From Octopus vulgaris (Eukaryota), in contig OX597819.1 of the NCBI GenBank assembly GCA_951406725.2, positions 28,830,001 to 28,894,000 of the forward strand: a stretch of DNA of 64,000 nucleotides. Reading direction: 5' to 3'. Numbering within the stretch: the stretch's first letter is position 1; every line of letters begins with the position of its first letter. This document shows, piece by piece, positions 12,218 through 23,544 of the stretch. The notes under the pieces were generated by a model. The model saw only the letters and a program-made list of their open reading frames with translations. It was not told where the DNA came from and made no database searches. A program made the position numbers and the translations under genes.

Positions 12218-13736
12218 GAGCTCCACCCCAGTGCGTAAGCACGACACAAAATTCCCTGTAGTGACTATAAAACTCAAGGTGGACACCAGATAACCAAATA
12301 GCACACAATATAATAAAATGGCAAAATTTTCAACATACGTAAGAAATCTACCAAAAGGAAAAAAAAAATACTCAAAATGAGCAAAATTCAAAAGTGCATG
12401 CATGAAGGTGGATACGTCACAAAGTATAGAGCCTTCCGCTGTAGGGAGCGGGAGGAAAGCAAACTCACAGTTAATGAACCTAGGCGGAAATAAAATCCAA
12501 CTTCTCTAAAGGTGGTTGGTCCTGCGAAATAGCAGTTAAATCAATTGTTGCAGGAGAGGAAATGGAATCGACAGATAGATCGCTAGTAACACAAAAGGCA
12601 AAAGTGCAAGCATGCTGGTGTGATGCGCGACACAGATAATTTTCTCTGTTAATTACGTGACCAAACAGGGGTCTAACAGGGAAAAATAATTACGCCTAAA
12701 CATGGGCGCAGCGCATGTGAACTTCCGACGTTCTATGAGTCGGGAAAAGAATTAAGCTAACGCAAACGTGTTGCAAAAACTAGGCAATACACGTGCGAAG
12801 CAAAGGCGCATGAAATGCAATAGGGCTTGCCAGACCGAAAAACAGCAATGAATATGCCAGTGGTTAAGCGACTATATGCCTCGTTCGTACAGGAACAAAA
12901 GTATGACATGCTGGCGCGTTATAATGAACAAACAACCCTCTCCATGTATACGTGACCCCTAGGGTCTTACAGAAATGAGGTGTGTCCACAAAAGGCAAAT
13001 CTAGCATGGAAAAAAACAAGCGAGAAAAGCATGTGTGACGTATGTATGTGAGAGATAGCATTTATGTGTGTGTACGTGTGTGCGACAAAAATACATACAA
13101 GGTGAATGCAAACAAAATAAAAAATACAGCGCATAGAAAAAATGTCTCTCAGGGCTATCTCAGACAATGGAGTTAGTTTACCAGTCTGCAATAGCCTGAT
13201 GCACAATAGCAGTTCGTTCTGTAACAGAATGTTAAAATCACAAAATGCAGATGCCGGTTGAACACAATGTGTAGCGGTTGTAGCTTCGATGCTGTGACAT
13301 GTTAAATCGTTACAGAAGAATCTCGCAGATAGACGGTGCTGTTAATCCTTGGTGTGCATATGCACAAACAGCGTGCACACTGAAGTTCCGCGAGTTGCTA
13401 TGTACATATTGTGGAGGTCGACGGTGTTGAAAGGCGACAGTGGTGGTGGAAGGCGACTGTAGAGGACTTGAGACAACATTGTTCTTAGTGTTGATGGCGA
13501 CGAAGATAACGACGACGTGAAGTTCTAAGACGACGATGACGACGGTAGAGAAAAGGCATCGATGATATGATGGCGTCCGTCATCATTGTTGAAGAATAAG
13601 AAAAGGGCTCCTTCTATAACGGTCCGAGAGGACGGAAACAAATCGTCGAAAGATGAATGCGTAGAGTTAATCGTGTTCCGACTTCGCAGAAAAACTGGAT
13701 TTCTTTGTTGTTAAGTGATCTCTGGTTTTAGACCAG

Positions 13737-13755
13737 AATCACGTCGGGGTCACCA
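13737..13755 (-). promoter_or_regulatory. Primer-binding site complementary to the tRNA-Trp 3' end
   Basis: The plus strand reads AATCACGTCGGGGTCACCA, the 3' terminus of metazoan tRNA-Trp including CCA, 1 nt from the LTR edge. Confidence 0.85.
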
Positions 13756-13756
13756 C

Positions 13757-14328
13757 TGTAACGAACTTAGTGTGAATATCTCCTCTTGCACTTTCGGGGT
13801 ACAAGAGGCAATCACTAGCCGTTGCTTTAATAATCCAGAATTCTACCAGTCAGAAACAACAAGACGCAGACGTAAAAGATATATATACTACTTTATTCTC
13901 TAATGTGGTAACAGTAACAATAAGTGGTTATCTGGTATCCCTTTGGTATAAATGTGTCAGTGCTGAACCTTATCGCTGTAAAATAAGAAAGTGTTCAAAT
14001 GCAAAACGACACTGGTCAAAGATGGCGTCCGGAACAGGGAGAAGATGTGGTCTGCAACAATTTGGTTAAAGGCCTTTTGGTAAGGTGCTGCTAGAATCAA
14101 GTTCGGACAGCGAGAAAATATTTCACGTCCTGCTCCCTCAGTCGCTGCTGTCTCAAGTCGCTGCTGTCTCAAGTCGCTGCTTGCTGGACGCTGGTGGTCA
14201 ATGTCTTACGATCCCCTTGCCTCGGCTAACTGCTACGTAGGCAAAAGGGTTCCTCTTCCGGTGGTGAAAGCACCACCCCGTACGCGCAAAATACAAATGG
14301 ACGGTGCGCGAGCGCGCGCCGTTGTATA
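13757..14328 (-). repeat. 5' LTR, missing its outer 11 bp
   Basis: Matches the other LTR but stops at GTTGTATA (lacks GGATCACTACA) and carries an extra 16-bp tandem duplication. Confidence 0.9.
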
Positions 14329-14552
14329 TGCGCGCATATTGTATATATTGCTGTCTTACTAACCTCAAGTTCGTGAGGAGCTGTTGTCATATTCATATAT
14401 CGGCATTCTGACGGGTGCAGTTTTGGATAATCATCTAATTACCTAATTCTAGAGCAAAACCAATTGCTAAGATCAACTGAAATGCATTTATAATACTGTA
14501 TACTATAAAAATTAATATACACACTTAACTGACAAATGTAAGAATGCTTGTT

Positions 14553-14890
14553 GCAGCCAACTGGCTTCCGTACCCGTGGCACGTAAAAGGGCACCATTTG
14601 AGTGTGATTGTTACCAGTCGCTTCACTGGCAACTGTGCCGGTGGCATGTGTAAAAAGATTCGAGCGAGGTCGTTGCCAGTGCTGCCTGACTAGCCCCCAT
14701 GCTGGTGGCACGTAAAAAGTACCCACTACACTCTCGGAGTGGTTGGCATTAGGAAGGGCATCCAGCTGTAGAAACTCTGCCAGATCAAGATTGGAGCCTG
14801 GTGCGGCCATCTGGCACGCCAGCCCTCAGTCAAAATCGTCCAACCTATGCTAGCTTGGAAAGCGGACGTTAAACGATGATGATGATGATG
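14553..14890 (+). mobile_element. RTE-LINE 3' UTR / derived short retroposon with (GAT)n tail
   Basis: Core GGTTGGCATTAGGAAGGGCATCCAGC...GGACGTTAAA(C/T)GATGATGAT. Related copies at about 24785-24992, 30585-30827, 46760-47291, 50032-50250(-), 53677-53845(-), 59140-59330 and 63825-64000. Confidence 0.75.
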
Positions 14891-15589
14891 ATATATATAT
14901 ATGAAATGTCGATTTACTAGACTAATTATCTAAATAATACATCATTTATTCCTTTAAGACATATAAAACATCAATTGTTTTGTTTACAAAAGGAGACACG
15001 AAATCAGAGTAAACAGTTTTCCATTTATGGAAAACGTTTGAAGAAATACTCCAAGCCAGAAATGAATGTTCACAATATTTCTACAATTACCATAGAGAAA
15101 TGGAGTTTTCTTTAAATACATATCACAAAAATAAAATTAATTTCACTTTAGCAGCACCAGCAGCAGCAAAAAAAAAAGCAATGCTTTTAAAACCTATTGA
15201 ACTAAAAGTAGGATACGTGAAGAAAATAAAATAAATATGTAGACATATATATATTTATTTAAGCTCAAGTGTTTTACTCTCAAAATATTGATGTGAAGCA
15301 AACATGTGTCGTGTTAAGAATAAACCAATAAGGGACAGATTTGATACCTTCGTTATGGTAGAACTGCCACGTTTTCTAAAGCCGAATTTTAGTGAGAACT
15401 CTAAAGTATAATTGCATTAAATAAATGGATTAATCTATCTACTTGAAGTTGTGACAATTCAATTCGTACATTGTTTGGAAATGCTTTTGTACGTTTTAAT
15501 ACTCAGAGATAAGGCAACAATAACAGTAAGTTCACAGAGTGACTTCGGAGATGCAATAGAACCTATAATTAATTAAATATCTTTTATTT

Positions 15590-15920
15590 ATTATTTGTTC
15601 CAGTCATTGAGCTGCAGCCATACTGAGGCACCGCCTTGAAGGGTTTAATTGAAGTAACTGACCACATTATTTATCGGTCTCCTTGCCAAACTACTAAGTT
15701 ACGTAAACAATCAAACATTGGTTATCAAGAGGAGGTGAGAGACAAACACACACACGAAAACACATACACACAAACGCATACATACATACATACATACATA
15801 TGACAAGATTCTTTCAGTTTCTACCTGCCAAATTCACTTACAAGATTTTGATCAACCTGGGGCTATAGTGAAAGGTTCCGTGCAGTGGGACTGAACCCAA
15901 GACCACATAGCTGGGATGCA
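15590..15920 (-). mobile_element. Old SINE family A copy
   Basis: Diverged match to the family A tail and tRNA-like head. Confidence 0.7.
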
Positions 15921-15932
15921 GCTATATCTGCA

Positions 15933-15975
<43 letters not shown>

Positions 15976-15977
<2 letters not shown>

Positions 15978-17146
15978 ATCGTCGGTAAAGCACGAATCCG
16001 AAAAGAATCACACTCTAAGTTATAGAGCAGTATATAATATAAAGTTAGATCAGGCCGGTTTATGGGATTACCCAGGGTTTCACGTCCATAAGGCGCTTAG
16101 CTTAATGGTGTATCATCAGATCCCAAAATCTGTTGGCTTAAAGCCTCTCTAGCGAGTGGCTTGTCTAGAATATAGAGGAGGAAAGAAGCTCACTTCTCAA
16201 GTCAACAACAGGGGATTATCCCCCTTTGGCTATTGATCGTAAATGACCCTATTACATTGTGGGTTCCAATAGGCCAGCAGGAATTTACCGAAATGCAAGG
16301 GCAGTCAAAGACCTCCGTTCTAGAATTAAGAATGTTCCTCAAGTCGAGGGAGTCCTTTAGAATCCTTGCCTGTTCCTCGATAAATAGTTTACAATGCTTG
16401 GTCCCATTTATGTACGGGTCTTGATTTTCAAGGATTCTCCATGCTAGTGTGTATGGAATCCTGTCATCTTTCAGCTGCCATACTCGGCTGGCTAGTGACG
16501 TAATGTGTCTCCTTTCCAGTATCCTAAAGGAGGATCTGTTGTTGGAGAGGTGTTGTTTGAATGTGTTACCGGAGCAACTGATGTATCTCTGTGGTTGGGT
16601 GTTGGCAGTGCTGTGTCAATTGGTGTTGGCGTTACTGGACGTGGTAATAGTGTTGGTGCTGTCACTACTGCTGTTGGTAATAGTGCTGTTGTTGTTATGA
16701 TCATCGTTGATGGTAATGAAGGCATTCTTTTTAACTAAAATCTCTACCCTATCAGCTATATCTAAGTTGTTGGCTAATTGTTTGGCTTCACTGTTGATTT
16801 GTTGTATGTGTGTGGGGAAGCGTGCCTATAATTCTGTGTAATATTGTTTTCTAGCAGCCTATCATAATAAAGGGTGTCTGAGAATATTAAGGACCTATTT
16901 GAGTTTTTTAGCAATCTAATGTCAGCATGGATCTTACGTTGTAAGGAGCAAGAGGACTTACAGAATTTTAGCTTTGGGAAAGACTAAAAGAAGGACTTTA
17001 TGAACTTTCATGTTCATTAAAAGGTTTAGACATCATGTGTTTATTCATCTCGCATGTAATTTACTAGAATTTAGAAGAAATTCTGCCTTTATACCCAAGT
17101 TTATCCTCTACTTAGCACATGATAATAGAGGGGAAAAATCCTATCA
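15976..17146 (-). mobile_element. Internally deleted Penelope-like retroelement (RT N-terminus fused to GIY-YIG C-terminus) with 3' hammerhead
   Basis: RLLENNITQNY../INSEAKQLANNLDIADRVEILVKKNAFITIND, then YISCSGNTFKQ...SSFR...TSLASRVWQLKDDRIPYTLAWRILE...KHCKLFIEE...ILNSRTE. Flanked by (TA)n. Confidence 0.85.
16060..16128 (-). ncRNA. Type I hammerhead ribozyme, intact core
   Basis: uugggau-CUGAUGA-[imperfect helix II]-GAAA-CCC-u-GGG-UA^-aucccaua. Predicted cleavage after GUA, between 16069 and 16068. Confidence 0.8.
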
Positions 17147-17175
17147 GTATATTTGTATATATATATATATATATA

Positions 17176-17399
17176 TTTCTTTACTACCGACAAGGGGCTA
17201 AACATAGAGGGGACAAACAAGGACAGACAAAGGGATTAAGTCGATTACATCGACTCCAGTGGGTAACTGGTACTTAATTTATCGACCTCGAAAGGATGAA
17301 AGGCAAAGTCGACCTTGGCGGAATTTGAACTCACAACGTAACGACAGACGAAATACCGCTAAGCATTACGCCCGGCGCGCTAACGTTTCTGCCAGCTCG

Positions 17400-17401
<2 letters not shown>
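17176..17401 (-). mobile_element. tRNA-derived SINE, family B
   Basis: Head GGCGAGCTGGCAGAAACGTTAGC, B-box-like GAGTTCAAATTCC, core GACTTTGCCTTTCATCCTTTCG.GGTCGATAAA. Copies at 29030, 35905, 41050, 46520, 46910, 47295 and 19990(-). Confidence 0.85.
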
Positions 17402-17447
<46 letters not shown>

Positions 17448-17539
17448 TAATAAATAAAATATATGCATACATACAAACATATATGTATGTACCTACATCT
17501 ACATGTATATATATATGCATATATAAATATATATACACG

Positions 17540-18313
17540 TGAGTACAGGACACCACAACTAGACGTAGAACTCAACGGGAAACGAAAACGGAAAAAACAT
17601 TTTTTTACAACAGAAAAACAGAGACGTAGAACTCAACGAGAAACGAAAACGGAAAAACCATTTTTTTTACAACAGAAAAAACAGAGTACAGGACATACTA
17701 CACATGGAAAAATCCCCTTCATCAGCTGTCACTAGTTCGGCTCCAGCGTGTTTCGAAGGCAAGACAGGACACGACTCTCCAAACTAATCCTTCCTGCGAG
17801 AGAATTAAAATAAAATTGCCTTGCAGAGGGGTAAAAACAAGCAAGAAAAAAATGTAACACAAACAGGACGTAAAAACGATACAAATAAAACTACAAAATA
17901 AAATACAAGATAAATACACATGTACAAGAAAATACAATACGAGAAATAAAAAGAAAATACAATACGGGAAATAAAAATAAACAAGAAAACAAAAAAGAAA
18001 ACAAACGAAAAGGCCTTTTTTCTGGCTGAGACGGAGGAGCTTCTAGCAGCGCATGAGAACACAAATGTGTGTCTTTACAGTTTGAAGGCCGCGTGTAAAA
18101 GGAAGTAGTTTTGGCTAGCAGTGGCAAAGATGAGGAGGAGTGAGAGAGAGAAAAAGATAGAGGAAGACAAGCGGCTGAGAGAGAGATGAGGAAGAGTGAG
18201 AGAGAGAGAAGAGAAGGTAAAGCAAAGAGATAAAGAATTTCGCGTCATAATTATATATAAAACATTACTGGAAGAATAAGAAACGGAACGAAGCGAACAA
18301 ATCAAATCGAACC
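17540..18313 (-). mobile_element. PLE-terminal-like element with a ~58-bp tandem duplication and hammerhead remnants
   Basis: Flanked by (TA)n. The minus strand has CCTTC-GAAAC...CAG-CTGATGA-AGGGG. A related decayed arrangement lies at about 2105-2165. Confidence 0.45.
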
Positions 18314-18338
18314 ATATATATATATATATATATATATA

Positions 18339-18735
18339 CTAGCAGTATCGCCCGGCGTTGCTCGGGTTTGTAAGGGAAATAACTATATACGCATTTTTAG
18401 AGAGTTATAGCCAAAAATAGCAAAAAAATGCATTAAAAATGGAAAAAAAATGATGGTAAATTTTTTAAAAAATCGTTGACTCATCGTAGACATTTTTAGA
18501 GAGTTACTTCCCTTATATAATAGCGAAAAAATGCATTAAAATGGGAAAAAATGATGGTAAATTTTTTTTTAAATCGTAGACTCATCGTAGATGCGTGCTA
18601 ATACCCAGAAGGGCTCGATATGAATCACGACTATAAGATACCCGCTTTTGGTTAAACTGCACTGCAAAATGTGGGAGTAGTTAGGAATCTAAATTGTAGG
18701 AGACAGATACACAACTTCACTTTTATATATAAAGA
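18339..18735 (-). mobile_element. Non-autonomous Helitron
   Basis: Same family as 3710-4106, with TC/CTAG ends and an AT target. Confidence 0.85.
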
Positions 18736-18744
18736 TATATATAC

Positions 18745-19154
18745 ACTCTTTAACTCTTTTACTTGTTTCAGTTATTTGACTGTAGCCATGCTGGAGCACC
18801 ACCTTTAGTTGTGCAAATCGATCCCAGGACTTATTCTTTGTAAGCCTAGTACTTATTCTATTGGTCTCGTTTGCCGAACCGCTAAGTTACGGGGACGTAA
18901 ACACACCAGCATCGGTTGTCAAGTGATGTTGGGGGAACAAACACAGACACACAAACATACACACACACACACACACATATATACACATATATATGACGGG
19001 CTTCTTTCAGTTTCCATCTACCAAATCCACTCACAAGGCTTTGGTCGGCCTGAGGCTATAGTAGAAGACACTTGCTCAAAGTGTCACGCAGTGGGACTGA
19101 ACCTGGAACCATATGGTTCGTAAGCAAGCTACTTACCACACAGCCACTCCTATG

Positions 19155-19156
<2 letters not shown>
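18745..19156 (-). mobile_element. SINE family A, full length
   Basis: tRNA-like head, internal microsatellite and (AGTAAAAG)n-like tail. Confidence 0.88.
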
Positions 19157-19204
<48 letters not shown>

Positions 19205-21699
19205 CACACACATACATACATACATACATACATACATAATATTCTCCTTATTTTAATCAAAACTAAGTATTCATCAACAACTGCTTTTCAGAGGTAGAAT
19301 TAAATTCTTTCCTACAAAATAAACAAGTATAATGATAGACAGTATCGTATTCTAATTACTATTAATGATGAGTGATAGCGGTCGATGAATACTCGAGTTG
19401 TTATTGAGATATAAACCGCACAAGACTTAATCATGGAAAATTCTAATCAAAAGTACAAAACAAGTAAAACAACATCTATGTGTGTAATCTGTAAGTATGG
19501 AAAGACCAGGTGTGTGTGTGTGTGTGTGTGTAAGAGAATTTATCAAGTTTAATCAATCTATTGTATTATATTCATCTTGAGGAATGTAATTACAAAAAAA
19601 AGAAAAATGTTTCTTTCCTTCAGAGACCTATAGCAGCCATAGACGTTTTCAATTTCTTCGGATTAATCATTACACTTATTAATGAATTTATTTTCGAGAT
19701 GGGTTAAAATCCAAATTGTGTTTGAATACTCGCACATAGTTGAATAACAAAAGTAGCTTTCAGTAACAATAAGGAATATGAAATTGAGATAAAAAAATTA
19801 AAATTAAAAATACATATACTATTTTTTTATTTTTGTTATAATTAAGTAAGGAAAGAAAATAATTTGACTGAGGTACTTGTGACCTAGCTGAAAGCTACGA
19901 ATTCACTAATTTACATTACTTTCTGTTCATTTGTCTATCAAATCTGGTTGAGCGCCTCACTAATCATAAATGTCTTATATGAAAACAAAGCCAAAAATTC
20001 CGTGGGGAGATGAATATTTGATTATATCAACACCAGTATTTGACTGTTACTTTGTTTTGTTGACCCTGGAAGAATGAAAGGCAAAGTTGACCTTGTTGAG
20101 ATTTGAACACAAAATGTAAAGAGCTGGAATGAATACTACATTCTATTCAATCAAAAATTTGAAACCAATTGGAACATCATCATCATCATCGTTGTTTAAT
20201 GTCCGTTTTCCATGCTGGCATGGGTTGAAAAAGTAGAAAACTGTGACAGCAACAGAAAAGATCCAAAATAACAAGGGTTTGAGGAATCTAAGATTGTCAT
20301 TTGAGATGAGAACAAATTTTGGAAAAATGAAGATAATTTTAGTACAATTTACAGAATATTTCTGACAGTTGTGATAAAATTTGTGTTGTCACTGCTATTA
20401 AAAACACCAAAAAAGAAAAAAAATGCTAAAGCTCTTCTGTGCTGTAGTATAATGGACTGGATGGATTAAATAGTGACATTCATTTCTTTCTCAAAGACAT
20501 TAATAATATAACCTAAATGAATTAGTTTGAAATGAGATATCACATATTCTTCCAACTGATGTAAATGATTATCAAACTTCAGTATCCTAATATTTCTCAG
20601 TACATTTCCAGGCAGTCATGATCTACAATATCACTGCACACATGCAACAGGTCACGCTTATGCTTTTGGCCATTATTAATAATTAGTAATGCATTTTCTT
20701 AGCAAACAATTTCTATAAGAGAATATATTGTAGTTTAGAAGACAAAAACATGATGCATGTTTCAGATGCATGATGGGAAACAGAAATGGAAGCTCTATTG
20801 TGCTTTGAAAGGAAGCTAGTTAAGTATGCTTTGTAGGATGTACAATGAAAATTGAAAACAAATGTACTGAGAAATAAAAAGGTGGGTTTGATGATTTTCC
20901 AACGTTTATAACACCAGAAGTAACTATAGTAGGAGTTAAAAACCGTGATTAGAGGAAAACACTACAGATTAACTCAATTACTATCTGATTAAACAAACAA
21001 GGATATGACTCAAAATTTAGGCTTTATTTGATTTCATCATTGGGAACATAGCATTTAATCTTACCCTCAGGCTCTATAGAAATAACTTTCTGTATAGAAG
21101 TATGTATACCAAAAAGTGCTGAGTGACACTGGGAAATTAGATTAATTAATAATTTAATTATAGCAGAAGATTGTTAGCAATAAAAAGTGTGGGCTTCATT
21201 ATTTCCAATATTTTCAACATTGGAAATAACCATAGCAGAGTTTGATATGGTGGTTAGGGAAAATAGGGATTAGTTAAAATCATTGTAGGGGTTAAACAAA
21301 CAAGGGAGACAACTCAAAATGTTTCTAGCCATGAAACATTTCTATCTGTGAAGTGTTTTTAGTTGTTGAAATCTGATAGTCATATGAAATGATATAAATA
21401 TGGAATAAAATAGTTGATATGTAAAGAATGAGAAATCCTTCAAATGGTCTTTCAAATGTGTCTGGAGATAAAAGTAGCCTGATGACATCTTAGAAGAAAG
21501 GCAATTTGATTAGATCCTCACAATATTAAACTTTACACGGGTGTGACATGAGACTGAGCTGCAATAAATAAATTATTCAACGGATGTTTGTATGAAAAAA
21601 ACAGATGATTAACCAATGGTAAATTATTAGAATCTCATTCAAATAACTGAAATATCTGTCATCTGCATTTTGTAAATTTACCATCGATGTACCATTTAC

Positions 21700-22013
21700 T
21701 GTAAATACATTGTTGGAAGGCAAATTTACTGCAGTATTCATCCAGAAATAACACCTCTTACGATCATTCTGTATTTGAAAGCATAATATGTATCAGAGGG
21801 AGACAAAAAAGTCATCGCAGCAGTAGCTAGCAAGGACATCAGATACATTTCAATCTTGTTGGGCCTTGTCAGTGGCATGTGCTCACTAAATTTCTGTTGG
21901 GATGATTTTCATCTCCCTCTGACATATATTGTATTTTTAAACGCAGCACATCGATAAGAGACGCTATCTTTGGATGAATACTACAGTAAAATTGCCTCAA
22001 TAATGTATTTACA
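21700..22013 (-). mobile_element. Foldback element: ~140-bp imperfect inverted arms around a central decayed hammerhead
   Basis: Arms TGTAAATACATT...CAGAGGGAGA and TCTCCCTCTG...AATGTATTTACA. Core augcca-CUGACAA-ggcc-caacaa-gauu-GAAA-uguaUC at about 21837-21878. Confidence 0.75.
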
Positions 22014-22177
22014 TTAAGTACAATACAGAGAAGGTTATTTTTTACTTAGTACTGCTTCTATTGCACATAATGGATTTTTATTTAACTGGACAGCTATTTG
22101 CAATGCCAGCAAATGTCTATTTACTGTTTTCTATATATTGCAAGTAACAAGTCTAGTCTAAGCATGTGGCTAGCTGT

Positions 22178-22361
22178 GAGTACACATTATTGATAAGGTC
22201 CAACTAGGCTGAAATGCATCTGGCATTCTCACTAGTCACTGTTAAGATAACTGCTGTTTCCTTCTAACATATATTGTATTTTAAAACATTGCCCATCCAT
22301 AAGAGATGTTATCTTTTGTTGAATACCACCATAAATTGACCTTTGAAAGATGCATTTACAT
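22178..22361 (+). mobile_element. Second, inverted and partial copy of the hammerhead-foldback element
   Basis: UUGAUAA-ggucc-aacu-aggcu-GAAA-UGCA-UC-uggcau, followed by one arm. Confidence 0.65.
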
Positions 22362-22449
22362 CAAGTAAGATATATAGATTGCTATTTTAATCTAATATTG
22401 CTTCCAATTTTTTGGGGGTTTTTTTGCATCTCTTCATGTAGTCAGAAGT

Positions 22450-23050
22450 TCATCAGTTTAACTTCACAAACATTGTGTCTCATCTGTAAGAGGAATTTAA
22501 TGACAAAACATTCATGTTATACCATTTTCATAATGAACAACTCTGAACTTGTTAAATACCTGTCTACAACTCACTTCCAATATCTAAAAGATTCTGATGG
22601 CTGTCATAAACAACCACCCTATTATCACCACAAGTCCTTTTCCCTATTCATTGATTACCTGTAAGATTTCTGTTCAGCCACATTTAATTAGAAATATCTC
22701 TTAAATCTTATGAGACTATCTTGACTGTCATGGCTTTGGAGGAGTTGTTGTCTCTCACCATAATTACTAGCTGGCTGTTTTAGAAAAATGGTATCTATAG
22801 GACTTCCAGCCCAAGCTTTCATCTCTTGGATTAGGAGCTGTCTGACAGAACATTCCAGCATAGTGTGTGGTGTGTGCATGCATGTGAAGTTGATGAGCGC
22901 TCCCTCTGACACATTTTTTGTTGGCTCCATCTCAGAGTTTGAGAATCTCACATACATCTCCTTGTGTACATTAATGACCTAAACAGCTATCTCCAATAAA
23001 ACACTCACACACACAATACACCAAAGTAAATATCAGTCTACAGTCTTCCT
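22450..23050 (-). pseudogene. Highly decayed coding remnant, possibly a MULE-type transposase
   Basis: More GC-balanced than its flanks. Fragments such as DNRVVVYDSHQNLLDIG weakly resemble the MULE RILIF...NL..L segment. Many stops. Confidence 0.25.
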
Positions 23051-23544
23051 TAACTGTAATCCTAGGGAATTCAATTTCTGCCCAAATTTTACCCATCACA
23101 ACTTGTGTACATACAACAGCAGAAATTTGGCCAGTTTCTGAGAACTCTGTCACTTGTCTTGGTGAGTCTCCATGGGTTATGGATACCATTATCTTCCTTA
23201 GATTAAATTATATAAAAAACAAATACATTACTTAGTCAAAAAGGTGATTAGTTATAGAACTTCTTCACCCCGAAAGCTTATCTTAATAACAATGTCTAGA
23301 TGTAAAGATGTTAAGAATGTGATTGATCTTTAGCAAAGAATTACCAATAACCATAATACTGTTAATATTGACTGAATTCTTAGAATGATTATTTGACATC
23401 ATCAACACCTCCTGTCTGACGTAAACTTTCTCTCTTTCTCCTAACATTCTAAGAAGCCCTGGAAATGGTGACTGGGCAGGATGGAGGTATGACCATCCTT
23501 TGATTAAGTGGTAATTAAAAAATATAAAATCAAACAGAAGCTTG

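Larger units (their letters stand above)
11650..14328 (-). mobile_element. Internally deleted Ty3/Gypsy LTR retrotransposon, tRNA-Trp primed (CsRn1-like)
   Basis: Two ~570-bp LTRs, about 98% identical by eye. PBS TGGTGACCCCGACGTGATT, a purine-rich PPT next to the 3' LTR, and a pol remnant IDLTAISQDQ...LPLPTAEGSILCDVST at about 12410-12560. Confidence 0.9.

Noticed and set aside
13737-13755. tRNA-Trp 3' end with CCA
   Set aside because: Only 19 nt and abutting an LTR, so it is a primer-binding site and not a tRNA gene. The tRNA-like SINE heads were likewise not called as tRNAs.
16492-16725. Thr/Pro-rich mucin-like 77-aa ORF
   Set aside because: An alternative frame of the Penelope remnant. 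The informative frame carries RT and GIY-YIG motifs.
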